A stretch of DNA of 64,000 bases. Origin: Squalus acanthias (lineage: Eukaryota). This document shows, piece by piece, positions 49,988 through 62,404 of this stretch. The notes under the pieces are model-generated. The model did not search any database. It was not told the DNA's origin and saw only the letters and a program-made list of their open reading frames with translations. The translations under genes were made by a program, and so were the position numbers. The number at the start of each line of letters is the position of its first letter. The first letter of the stretch is position 1. The DNA lies in assembly GCA_030390025.1 (NCBI GenBank), contig JASTWF010000036.1:2606001-2670000 (forward strand), in the 5' to 3' direction.

Positions 49988-50696
49988 AGAGAATAACAAT
50001 GTATGTGTAGGAGCATCATAAATGCTTTTGTAAATCTTTCTTCTGTTTGGTAAAGTGTCATGTCATTCACACTACATAGTGAGAAATGTTACATTAGCAT
50101 AAGGGAGCATCACCTTCAGAATAAAAATCTGGTTATAAAGGATTGAAGTTTACAGGGTTAAATACAGACATAAAAGATGCAATACTCCAGAGACTATGAT
50201 TATTCTATGATTAGACCTGTTCTAACCTTGGAAGTGTGAACTATGGAATACAACTGTCTCGGCTCAATAATGTAAGCTGTGACTTCAGATCAATCTCTTA
50301 GAAGTTTTGCTCCATTACCTTCAGAGGTCAGGGAAGTATTTTGGAGATTTTCCTTATTGGAAGTTTTCCCCTGTGGTTACTGAATTCCCTCAATAGATTA
50401 ATCAAGTCAGGAAGAGGCCATGACAGTAAAATTGGACCAAATGGAGTTTTCTGTATTTTTTTCTGTATGTTCTGTATTTTCTTATATTCTACACTATTTC
50501 CATATAGTACACCAGCATTTTCTGTTATTCCCCAAGATCAGCAGCATTAAAGCCAATGAGATGCGCCTATAAAAGGAGAACAACTGATAAATTAGACCAG
50601 TCTAGCAAAATAAGTTATATAACTGGGCAAAGTTTCTTAACATACAGTTTCACCTGCACCTGAAAAGATATATTTCCGACCACGCAAACCAAACAA

Positions 50697-53207
50697 GCAG
50701 GAAATTAGAGGCGCATGTAACAAGGGTAATACAGTAATCATGGGGGACTTTAATCTACATATAGACTGGGCAAATCAAATTTGCAGTAATAGTGTGGAGG
50801 ACGAATTCATGGAATGTATGCAAGATAGTTTTCTAGATCAGTATGTTGAGGAACCAACTAGGGAACAGGCTATTTTAGATCTAGTATTGTGCAATGAGAA
50901 AGGGTTAATTAATAACCTTGCACAAAAGGAGCCTTTAGGGAAGAGTGACCATAATATGATTGAATTTTATATTGAGTTTGAACGTGATTTAGTTAAGTCT
51001 GAAACTAGGGTCTTCAATCTAAACAAAGCAAATTATGTGGGTATGAGGGGCGGGTTGGCTACGGTAGATTGGGAAACTACATTAAAAGGTATGATGGTAG
51101 ACAAGCAATGGCTAGCATTTAAAGAATTAATACATAATTTACAACAAATATACATTCCTTTAAGGCACAAAAACCCCGCAGGAAAAGTGGTCCAACCGTG
51201 GCTAACAAGAGAAGTTAAAGATAGTATTAGATCAAAGGAAGAGGCTTATAATGTTGCCAGAAAAAGTAGTAAACCTGAGGATTGGGAGGATTTTAGAATT
51301 CAGCAAAGGAGGACCAAGAAATTGTTACAGAAAGAGAAAAAATGAGAGTAATTGAGCAAGAGACATAAAAACAGATTGTAAATATTTCTATAGGTATGTA
51401 AATAGGAAGAGATTAGTGAAAGTAAACATGGGCCCATTAGAGGCAGAGACAGGAGAAATTATAATGGCCAATAAGGAAATGGCAGGGACATTAAACAAAT
51501 ACTTTGTATCTGTCTTCACGGTAGAAGACACAAAAAACATTCCGGAAATAATGGGGAACTAAGGGTCTAGAGAGAACAAGGAACTTAAAGAAATCAGTAT
51601 AAGTAAAGACATAGTACTGGAGAAATTAATGGGACTAAGTGGCGACAAATCCCCTGGACCTGACGACCTGCATCCTATGGTTTTAAAAGAGGTAGCTGCA
51701 GAGATAGTGGATGCACTGGTATTAATCTTCCAGAATTCCCTAGATTCTAGAACAGTCGCCAAGGATTGGAAGGTAGCAAACATAACCCCGCTATTTAAGA
51801 AAGGAGGAAGAGAAAAAATGGGGAACTATAGACCAGTTAGCCTGACATCAGTAGTAGGCAAAATGCTAGAATCTATTATTAGGGACGTGGTATCACTTAG
51901 AAAATCATAATATGATTAGGCAGAGTCAATATGGTTTTATGAAAGGGAAATCATGTTTGACAGATCTGTTAGAGTTTTTGAAGATGTAACGAGTAGGATG
52001 GATAAGGGGGAACCAGTGGATGTAGTATATTTGGATTTTCAAAAAGCATTCGATAAGGCGCCACACAAGAGGTTATTGCACAAAATTAGGACTCATGGGA
52101 TTGGCGGTAATATATTAGCATGGATTAAGGATTGGTTAATGGACAGAAAACAGAGAGTAGGAATAAACAGGACTTTTTCGGGTTGGCAGGATGTAACTAG
52201 CGGGGTACCACAAGGATCAGTGCTTGGGCCTTAGCTATTTACAATCTATATTAATGACTTAGATGAAGGGACTGAGTGTAACGTATCCAAGTTTGCTGAT
52301 GATACAAAGTTAGGTGGGAAAGTAAGCTGTGAGGAGGACACAAAGAGGCTGCAGAGAGATATAGACACGTTGACTGAGTGGGTAAGAACATGGCAAATGG
52401 AATACAATGTGGGGAAGTGTGAAGTTATCCACTTTGGTAGGAAAAACAAAAAAGCAGAATAATTTTTAAATGGTGAGAGACTGGCAAATGTTTGCATTCA
52501 GAGGGACCTGGATGTCCTTGTACATGAATCACAGAAAGTTAACATGCAGGTACAGCAAGCAATTAGGAAAGCAAATGGTATGTTAGCTTTTGTTACAAAG
52601 GGATTAGAGTATAAGAGTAAAGAAGTCTTACTGCAATTATGCATGGCATTGATGAGGCCACACCTGGAATACTGTGTACAGTTCTGGTCTCCTTACCGAA
52701 GGAAAGACATACTTGCCTTAGAGGGAGTGCAACGAAGGTTCACTAGACTGATTCTTGGGATGAGGGGATTGCCCTATGAGGAGAGATTGAGTAGACTAGG
52801 CCTATATTCCCTAGAGTTCAGAAGAATGAGAGGTGATCTATTTGAAATATACAAAATTCTTAAGGGGCTTGACAGGGTTAATGCTGAGAAAATGTTTCCC
52901 CTGGCTGGGGAATCTAGAACACGGGGTCACAGTCTCAGAATAAGGGGTCAGCCATTTAGGACAGCGATGAGGAGAGATTACTTCACTCAAAGGGTTGTGA
53001 ATCTTTGGAATTCTCTACCCCAGAGAGGTGTGGATGCTCAGTTGTTGAGTATATTCAAGACAGAGGTCGATTTTGGGAACTAAGGGAATTAAGGGATATG
53101 GGGATAGTGCGGGAAGGTGGAGTTGAGGTAGAAGATCAGCCATGATCTTGTTGAATGGCAGAGCAAGCTCGAATGGCCTACTCCTGCTCCTATTTCTTAT
53201 GTTCTTA
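50697..53207 (+). mobile_element. 5'-truncated CR1 LINE (APE C-terminus, RT, C-terminus) with several frameshifts and stops
   Basis: [49 protein letters not shown]; tail TTTCTTATGTTCTTA. Confidence 0.95.
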
Positions 53208-53744
53208 TATAATTGTATTCTACTGAATGCTACATAGAAGTATGAACATGGCATTTGTCAGTCTTTGCAAATTTACTTGTTTTATACTTCAAAATAGTTG
53301 ATTATAGATGGCCTGGAAATATTGTGTAGCATTCCTCCTAATGTGATGATTTGAGCACCTACATCATGAATAGAAGTGGTGAGCTATAGGCAACTCACTT
53401 CCTACAGGTGTACAAAGAGTCGGCTATGTTCAGATCCAGAAACTCCATCTGATTTCTGTTTGGCACAAAAGTTCCTTTAGAAAGAAGTTTCTTTTTTAAA
53501 TGTTTTGCTTTCCCCTGCTCTTTGGTGATCTGGACTATTCAGGTACTTATAGTTGATCCCAATAATGAACTGAGTTGGGTTCAGTCTCAATGCAGGACCT
53601 TGTGGGTGTGAGTCTATTGGATGAGACTGACTACTATTGGGCATAGATTGACACAAAACTGCCAATCTCACGTAGAAAGAGTGCTGGTGTGGGAACAGAA
53701 AATGTCACACTGGTGTATGTGCACTTGAGATTGGAGGATGCCTT

Positions 53745-54057
53745 ATCACAGAATCCCACAGTGCAGATAGAGGCCATTTCCGCCCATCGAGCCTGCACCG
53801 ACACATATCCCACCCTATCCCCGTAACCCCACGTATTTTAATCCCCCCTAACACTAAGGGTCAATTTATCATAGCCAAATCAACCTAACCCGCACATCTT
53901 TGGACTGTGGGAGGAAACCGGAGCACCCGGAGGAAACCCACGCAGACACGGGGAGAATGTGCAAACTCCACACAGACAGTCACCCGAGGCCGGATTCGAA
54001 CCCAGGTCCCTGGCGTTGTGAGGCAACAGTGCTAACCACTATGCCACCGTGTTGCCC
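53745..54057 (-). mobile_element. Full-length HE1-type V-SINE (tRNA head, V domain, CR1-like tail)
   Basis: A box GGTGGCATAGTGG, B box GGGTTCGAATCC, V domain GTGGAGTTTGCACATTCTCCCCGTGTCTGCGTGGGTTTCCTCCGGGTGCTCCGGTTTCCTCCCACAGTCCAAAGA, tail GGATTCTGTGAT. Confidence 0.92.
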
Positions 54058-54605
54058 TATGTTTTAAAAAAAACACTTGTTAGGAAACTTGAAGCAATAT
54101 TCAATCTTGGCGTTCAGATGGTGAATACAAATGCGTAAGCCTGGAAATTACATTCTGTGACATTTTAAATAGTCTCTGTTAAATGAGCAGGCAAAATGAT
54201 TTCATATGCACACAATAAGGATCCGTATGCTAATATTTTCACACATAATTTCAAGGCTCATATTTTAACTTTAACATTCTTTCATTCTCTCTGTTTCAAC
54301 AGATTCATAAAACTGTCTGGGAAGCATTCCTAAGCCTGAGCATGAGGAAGCTGCATTAACGCCAGTAGAAATATTCATTAATCCAGGGTACTACTGCGAT
54401 CCTGTTGTTTGAATTGTGCGCTAAATCAGCTCCAGTACACTTGTGTTGGACTGGAATTTTCCTGTTGAATTTATGCCAACATGAAATTCGTAATATGAAG
54501 CAGCCAAAGGCACTCCAATTTGGCTCCTCTGCACCCACAGACACCCACTCATGTAAAGAGCTTGGTGCTGGAGTAGTCCTATGTCAGTTCTGGGATTGAC
54601 ATAGT

Positions 54606-55462
54606 GGCCGGAATTTTAATCTGGAGGTGGGTCGGGAGCGGGGGTGGGCGGGGGGGCTGCTAGAAAGTGGCCAGGAAACCCGGGAGGACAGGTTTCCCGC
54701 AGGCTCTGCTGAATTTAACGGCAGGGCCTGATAAACATTTCAAAGCTCTGTTTCCCACTCGCAGCCAGTCAGCTGGAGAAACTGGCTGGCTGCGGGTGGG
54801 TAGGCCTGCAGCACTAGGCCGCAGGGAGGAGGGAGAGGGAGGGGGGTGGTGTTGGTGTGGCCGGAGGCCGGATACTGATCGGGGGGAGGGGTGGGGTGTA
54901 ATCGGAGCCGGAGGAGGATTGGGGGTGGGGGGGGTGGGGGAGGGGGTGAATCGGGGCCGCAGGATGATCGGGGGGCGGGGGGTGGTGGTCAGGGGTCAGA
55001 GGAGCATTGGGGCCTTAGGGGGGAGGAAGGGAAGGCGATCAGGGGCCGGAGGGGGAAGGGGCCAGGAAAGCCTCAGGCAAGGAAGGTCGGGGGGCGATCG
55101 GAAGCCTTGTTGGGGGGGCGGGGGGAGTCAGATCACGGAGGGGGTTGGTGAGGCAGGGATGTTGGATCCAGTGGGTAAGTGTAAAGGCACTTACCTCCTG
55201 GATCCAGCAGTCCTCGCCTTCCTTTAGCTGGTGGGTTCCCCAAGGCCCAGGAAACCCGACCAGCCAGAGTTAAATTTGTAATGGTGGATCACCATGAGGC
55301 ATGGAGCATCATTGTAATATTTAAAGTGCCAACCTGCCTCCTGGCAGAGGGTTGGCCGCCCCATCCCGCCTCCAAAGTGAGCCGGTTGTGGTTGGGATTC
55401 AGTTTTTTAACTCTTTAGCCTCCCACCCAACCCACACGGTTTTTGGGGTTAAAATTTCCCCC
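54606..55462. mobile_element. Harbinger-type MITE (857 bp) with G-rich core, TSD AGT
   Basis: GGCCGGAATTTTAA ... TTAAAATTTCCCCC; AGT at 54603-54605 and 55463-55465. Confidence 0.75.
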
Positions 55463-56779
55463 AGTATCTCAAAAATAAGGTCGGTCACCAACTCATGACT
55501 CACGCAAAAACTTCCCAACTACTTAACAGCATGATTCTGGCTGCCTGCACGCCCCAGGCTAATAAGTGGACTGAACGTGTGAGTGGCCAGGTGAAACAGA
55601 GCACACAGACTATGTACTCCAGTTTCAAAAAATACATCTATATATAGTTTAGTGCACACATGCCTGAACCACCTTTGCCCACTGCACTGGGGAAAAGGGT
55701 TATAATTCTAAATTTCTCCAACAGAAACAGACAATATTGTTAAGGGAGAAAAAAGCATTGGTTGCGAGTGTGAACTGGGAGGGTCTGAGTGGCTTGGGCC
55801 AGCAGTTTTTGTGTACTTGTCAACTCTTGAAACTGTTCATGGTACAATGTCTAAAGACTAAATGGGAAAGGGAGGGGAGGGAGAGGAGCAGTGGGTGATG
55901 CTTTGGTGGGGCGTGGGGTGGGGGGGGGGGGAGTGGATTGGCCTTTCACTTCTGAGACCTGGGTTTACATCAGGCCCAGACTGATGAGATGAAAGTCTCC
56001 TGTGTTGACTAGCTGTCAGGGTCTGAAGTGAAGTGTATTTGAAATATATTAATCTCACTCAGGAAGGCCACAGAATGGCTGATATAGAAAATGTAAGAAT
56101 ATCATCCTGATGCAGTAGAGGAAACTCTGCTGAAATGGGTGCTGATGCACAATATTGGGGCAGTGTAGAGGGAGATACTCTGCACCTTAATGTGTTACAT
56201 CTCAACCGATGAGTGCTTGATGCTGACATTCGGTACCTGAAATGGGAAGCATTCCATTCTGCAGCGCTGACATCCCCTTGATGAGCACAAAATTCCCAAA
56301 ATACCGAAATGGGATATTAATGAAACAGATTTCCCTGGAGTTACTGTGACATGTCGAGAACTGGTTGTATAAAATAGTTGCGTTCAATGATGAGAATATG
56401 GTTAAACATGTACCACAGTCTAAACCCTGCCCTCAGAGGGAGTGCAGTAAAAGAACTAATGCATCTAACCAAACCAACAATCGTTCCTTTATTTGGCAGT
56501 TTTTGCATCACAGTAGATAGGTCGATGTGGGAAAGAGGCCAATAGCATCCACTGCACATAAACAAACTGGAAAACCAACACACACTGTAAGACAATATTG
56601 TTTCATCACTAATTCTTCATCGTCAGATACATTTCAATGCTTGCACTTAATGGTACGAATTCTCCCTCATTATAAAGAACAATTCATGCGTTAACATTGT
56701 TTAAACTTTGTGGACTATTCTGTTTTATTTTAGGCACTCGTTTTTCATCGCAGAATCAAGGGCTTTGTCTATTTGTGCC

Positions 56780-57250
56780 ACTGTGTCAGCTTGGCAGCAC
56801 TTCAATGCCTGAATCAGAAGGTCGTGGGTTCAAGTCTCATTCTAAGACATGAGCACATATTCCAGGCTGACACATCAGTGTAGTGATACAATGCTGCATT
56901 GTTGGAAGTACTGTCCTGCAGTTGGAACATTAAACCAAGGTCCTATCTGCCAATTCAGGTGGATATAAAATATCCCATTGCACTAGCTGAAGAAGAGCAG
57001 GAGTTTTCCCAATGTCTTGGTCAAGATTCCTTCCTCAACCAACAGCATCAAAAATAGACTAACTGGTCATTTATCTCATTGCTGTTTGTAGGACATTGCT
57101 GTGTGCAAAATGGCTTCCACATGTGTCTGAATAAAGTCACTGCACTTCCAAGTAATTCATTATATGTGGAACATTGAGATGAGGGGCTGAATCGCCTACT
57201 CTTGTTCCTATGTATTCCTAGGAGATGCTCTATAAATGCAAGTCTTTATT
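56780..57250 (+). mobile_element. Deu-domain SINE
   Basis: tRNA-like head (GAATCAGAAGGTCGTGGGTTCAAG), Deu core, CTATAAATGCAAGTC tail. Confidence 0.8.
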
Positions 57251-57849
57251 TTCATATTCTGGTTTTGTTTTGTTTAATTGCCTATATTGTCTCATAGTTC
57301 AACAAGGTCCACAGTACTTGGTGTATATTATAGAGAGAATAAAAGATGGCTGAGAGTGTGTTAACAAGGCTGTTACCAATCTGTAAAGATTAAATCATAT
57401 GAGGACATCATAAGCCGTGAGAGTGAAGCTCAAGCAGGTGACGATGTTATTGGAAATGGAGAATGTGTCACAGTTGTGCACTCTCGAAGCTATCTTTTAT
57501 ATTTTGGTGAATTTTCTGCTCACCAATTTAAGGGATGTTAGCATTAGAAGGTGAAATATTTCTCAGTCACCCAGGGTAAATATCAAGTACTCTCAAATCA
57601 GGTATTATACAGTCAGATGCCTCTATTCTGCAATAACATTGGGGGTTGTTTTCTGCCATCAATTAACAGTAACGGGAGTGCAGACAGACATTAAAACTAA
57701 CGGAAAACTGGGTAAAAGTGAGTTTTTTCTTTTCTGCCCCCAAAAAGGGAATTAAATTGGTAACAATTTTTTGAAAAAAATGTTGTTTCTTGTTAAAACC
57801 TTGATAATGAGTTTTCAGAGAAAGATGCAGCAGTTTTCAATTAGGGGAA

Positions 57850-58253
57850 ATTAAAATGACCAGTTTAGAATCCTTGTTTTCAAAGCCCTCCATGGCCTCA
57901 ACCCTCCCTATCTCTGTAACCTCCTCCAGCCGTACAACCCTCCGAGATCTCTGCGCTCCTCCAATTTTGGCCTTTTGAACATTCCTGATTATAATCGCTC
58001 CACCATTGGCGGCCGTGCCTTCAGCTGCCTGGGCCCTAAGCTCTGGAATTCCCTCCCTAAACCCCTCTGCCTCTCTACCTCTCTCTCCTCCTTTAAGATG
58101 CTCCTTAAAACCTCCCTCTTTGACCAAGCTTTTGGTCACCTGTCCTAATATCTCATGTGGCTCAGTGTCAAATTTTATTTGATAACGCTTCTATGAAGCG
58201 CCTTGAGATGTTTTACTACGTTAAAGGCGCTATATAAATACAAGTTGTTGTTG
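57850..58253 (+). mobile_element. L2 LINE 3' end (well preserved)
   Basis: ILVFKALHGL.PPYL..LL...GGRAFS..GP.LWNSLP reading; tail TTAAAGGCGCTATATAAATACAAGTTGTTGTTG. Confidence 0.88.
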
Positions 58254-58443
58254 AATTAGCTGATACACTAAGCTGGAATTGATCCAACAATGGAACAGCT
58301 ATCCCCTCTGGCAGAGTATCTATTAAATATAGATTCTGCTGCAATTGTTACATTAACCTCTCCTGCCATTGGCAGAAGGCTGCTAGAAACATAGGTTCCA
58401 CTGGAGATCGAGCAACCAACCTACCAACTACCATCAACCTCCT

Positions 58444-58686
58444 ACAAAAGCAAAATACTGCGGATGCTGGGAATCTGAAATAAAAACAGAAAATGCTGGA
58501 AATACTCAGCAGGTCAGGCAGCGTCTGTGGAGAGAGAAACAGAGTTAACGTTTCAGGTCGATGACTCTTCGTCAGAATGTCGATGACCGTTCTGACGAAA
58601 GGTCATCGACCTGAAACGTTGACTCTGTTTCTCTCTCCACAGATGCTGCCTGACCTGCTGAGTATTTCCAGCATTTTCTGTTTTTA
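58444..58686. mobile_element. Palindromic Penelope pLTR mini-insertion with 15-bp TSD and two opposed minimal hammerhead motifs
   Basis: About 100-bp inverted arms; TACCATCAACCTCCT at 58429-58443 and 58687-58701. Confidence 0.9.
58589..58624 (+). ncRNA. Minimal type I hammerhead ribozyme motif (Penelope type)
   Basis: GTT-CTGACGA-(A)AGGTC-ATC-GACCT-GAAA-C-GTT-GAC: intact core, 5-bp stem II, palindromic stem III (AACGTT), short stem I. Confidence 0.65.
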
Positions 58687-59609
58687 TACCATCAACCTCC
58701 TGTTGTGTTGGGCACTTTAAACTGCTTGAAGGCTCCAATGCATTGCTGAGCTGTACATTTCATTCTCCCTTATGGGAAATAGATAATCTCTAAGTTTGGT
58801 TGCAGTTGTTAAAATAGGATTAAGAAAGAAGGGGTAATTACTTCTGGCACTACATAATTGTCAACTCGGCCCCAATTATCTTTAGTAACGTCAAACTGTG
58901 AGATCATAGCCTTTGCGCACCAATATTTCTAGATCTTATAGTGTTGTTGTTGTTCTAGTGTTATGACAATTTGATTATAAAAGGATTTTATAAGTACCTG
59001 ATCCTGGCAACATAAAAATCAAACAACTAGAAGGAGGGAGGGGAGATCGAAAGGAGAGAGATGGAGAGAAGGAAAAGGGGGGGGGAGAGAAAGAGTGAGA
59101 GAAGGAGGTGAGAGTTTTTGTTTATGCTAATGTTCAATAAAAAAAACACACCTGTTGAATTTTGAAGCCAACTAATTATCTCCAACTATGAGCATTTTGT
59201 TGCTAATGACTTACACCTGTGAAACAAGAAAGAATAAAGACTTGCATTGGTACAGCACCTTTCACAACCTCAGGATGTCCCAAAGCGCTTTACAGTCAAT
59301 TAATTAATTTTGAAATGTTGTCACTGTTGTAATGTACGGAAACAAGATTCCAATTTTTAACATAGGAGAGAGCAAGGAGGGGTGAGAGAGAGCAGAGTAG
59401 GGAAAAATAGAGAGGAAGACAGACAGTTTCTTTCTTCAATCTAATTTTTTTTTAAAGATGAAAGAAATTAAAGCCTATTTGAGGGAAATGGATAGGAACA
59501 GAAGGTGGAAAAGAGAAAGGCAGAGCAGCTGTTGAGAGAGCAAGAAAGAGATGTAGAGCGAGAGAGTGAGTGGTAGTTGAGAGAGGGTCGAGAGAGATAA
59601 GAAAGGACA

Positions 59610-60052
59610 GGACTTGTATAGCGTCTGTCATGCCCTCAGAACATCCAAAAGTAATTCATTGGCTGTGAAGCACTTTGGAAGTGTAGTCACTGTTGTAGCG
59701 TAGGCAAACACAGCAGCCAATTTGTACAAAGCAAGATCCCACATATAGCATTGAGATAAATGGGATAAATGACCACTGTTCTATTAGTACTAGTTGAGGG
59801 ATAAAAGTTGACCAGGACAGCAGGAGAACTCCCCTGTTCTGTGCCATGGGATTTTTTACGCCCACCTGAGAGGGCAGACGGGGGCCCTCGATTTAATGTC
59901 TTATCTGCAAGATGGCACCTCTGATAGTGCAGTAATCCCTCAGTAATGCACTGAAGTGTTAGCCTGGATTATGTGCCTATGTCTCTGGAGTGGGGCCTGA
60001 ATCCATGACCTTCTGACTCAAATGGGGAGGGTGCCAACACTGAGCCAAGGCT
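59610..60052 (-). mobile_element. Deu-domain SINE (a shorter tail fragment also at about 59235-59345)
   Basis: Collinear with 38012-38462. Confidence 0.82.
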
Positions 60053-60164
60053 GTCATTCTCATTTCCCCATGCACTCCCCTTCAAAGAGGGGAAATGGAG
60101 ATGTGGAGGATGGAGAGGGGGGGCAAGAGGGGGAACAGAAAGAGAGGGGATGGGGGATTGCCCT

Positions 60165-60585
60165 GTACCACTCACCCATTATCCCTGTCCTCACTGACCT
60201 ACATTAGCTCCCATTTCCCAAATGCCACAAATTTAAAATTCTCATCCTCAATGTTTAAATCCCTTCATGGTCTCACTTTTCGCTATCTCTGTAATCTCCC
60301 ACAGCCTTGCAAAGCCCATCCCTCCAGAACTCTCCATTCCTCTGACTCTGGTCTCCTTTGCATCCTCTCCTTCCTTCATCACCCCCCCCCCCCCACCCCG
60401 CCCACCCACCAACACCCCCATTGGCGGCCATGCCTTCAGCTGCCTAGGCCTCATGATCTGGAGTTCTATCCCAAAACCCCTCTACCACTCTCTCCTCCTT
60501 CAAAGACCCTCCCTAAAATCCATCTCTTTGACCAAGCTTTTGGTTCCCTTCCAAATAACTCCTTCTTTGTCTTGGTGCCCTTTTT
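60165..60585 (+). mobile_element. L2 LINE 3' fragment
   Basis: CCTGTCCTCACTGACCTACATT...TTGGCGGCCATGCCTTCAGCTGCCTAGGCC...CTTTGACCAAGCTTTTGG. Confidence 0.82.
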
Positions 60586-62404
60586 TTAAATTCTGTTCCA
60601 GAAACAGAGCCCAAAATTGCCCCCATAAAGTAACAGTACCCTTTTAAAAATGCTTATTTATCCTGGGTTTTAACAGCAACAATGCACAAGCAATACATTT
60701 CCAGCCTTTGACGTGCTTTTCCTTTTTCAGAAAAAGTATCATTTTTACCCGATCCCTAACTACATCCTGCCCGGCTGCAAAAATGCCTCCGCTTCAGATT
60801 CAAGGCTGGGCTTTTTCAATATGACTTGCAGTTTATCCGAATCGTTTCAACAAAATAAAAATTAAACTTTGAAACAACTGTTGTGTTTCTAAATTACCAC
60901 TAGTGTAAAGAAAAGCTACTTTTTTGGAGGGGGGAAGTGGATGTTAAAAATCCTGGCAAAATGCCACTGAATACATGTCAACTGCGTTTTTGTTAATATA
61001 TAGATTTTTTTAAAGATTGTTTAAATTAATAAGTTGTCAGCCAGAAAGGAAACCTTAATTAACAGACATATTTTTTTTTATTAAAAAAAGATATTTTAAA
61101 ACAGGGTTGATGGCATGTTGTAGATTTTATTCAATTTCAAGAAGGAGAAACCACCTATTTAAAGGGGAGGTTCACTGCAACATCATTCATTTTTTAATTT
61201 ATATACTGATGCTAGTTTTGTCAAGTACTTTACCAAAGAGATCTTTAAAAAAAAACAGAATCTGGGCTAAATATTTAATGAAACATTAAAAAAAATCTTT
61301 GCCCCTTTACCTCAAACAGCTATTTGTATTTTTTTTTTAAACACTCCATTTGGCAAAAAAATGGAAAAATATTGTTTTCAGCAAGTGAAGTTGATACAAG
61401 ATGACTGTTTATTACAAATAAATAGTTACATCCAAAAGGTCACAATTTAATTGATTATTAATAACTATTCTGGCTCCACATAATTCTGTACCAGTACTTG
61501 TCTCAGGATGGTATCTGTTGTATAATGTAAATTTGGGAACCAAGCGTGACTAATTTTGCAGAGAAAATGTTCCAGTCATTGAAAAGAGCAGCGCCAGGGA
61601 GAATAAGAGGCTTCCCAATCCATTGCACAATTCCAGGCAATACGAGGTTGCCGCACCTCACCGTACCCCACAGGCAACCCACAAATGTTTGCCAAAGAAA
61701 CTTGTGTGTCAACCCTACCCACTACATATGCTCCTCACTGAACACAGTTTGCGATTTTGCCATCAATGTACCTTGGCGGCTCGTCCCACTTGGCATGTGA
61801 ATGTACAATCTTTAAAGACAGCAGAGAAGGGAGACTTTCATCCCTTCAGTCAGGGCTGGATTCAAACCCAGATCCAAGAGATGTCAGGCCAATGTTTAAC
61901 CCTCTACACCCACTTGTATGCATTTATTTAAACATTCACCCAAATTCTAATGTTTGCAATCTTTTGTAATTTTATTTCTTATTTAGTGCAGACAAAGGAA
62001 GTTAATGTACTGAGAAGAATCAAATGAAAGGTAATTCTGTTTTACTTATACAGCTGTGGTTGGTGTTCCACTGAACTCTCTTGTTCCTTCTAAACTCCAA
62101 ATACACTGTCATACACATGCTCCTCCCTCTCCTATCCTACACTGGACTGAAATTAAGAGTTATCACACCTTCTCCTACTCTCACTTATTCTTTCCCAAGT
62201 TTTAAAATAGTGAAACTCCTTACCTCCCTCAGTCTTCCATTGCTCCTACAATCTAAAAACTCTTAAAACCCAAGATTAGTATCACCTAATCACTACTGTC
62301 TCAGTTACTTCATTTTCACTCTTGCCAATCTTGGTGGTGTCTTGCAATATGAGCCTTGGCCTTTCACCTTGGTAGTGAGATCAGATCTAGCACACCTGGA
62401 ATAA

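Noticed and set aside
53985..54057. tRNA gene
   Set aside because: It is the tRNA-derived head of an HE1 SINE, continuous with the V domain; the same applies to the Deu-SINE heads.
54667..55227. 186-aa glycine-rich ORF
   Set aside because: Product of the G-rich MITE core.
55975..56002. Hammerhead-like CTGATGA...GAAA
   Set aside because: Only 3 nt lie between the core boxes (no stem II), and sister copies read CTGACGGGA or CTGAAGGGA, so the match is coincidental.
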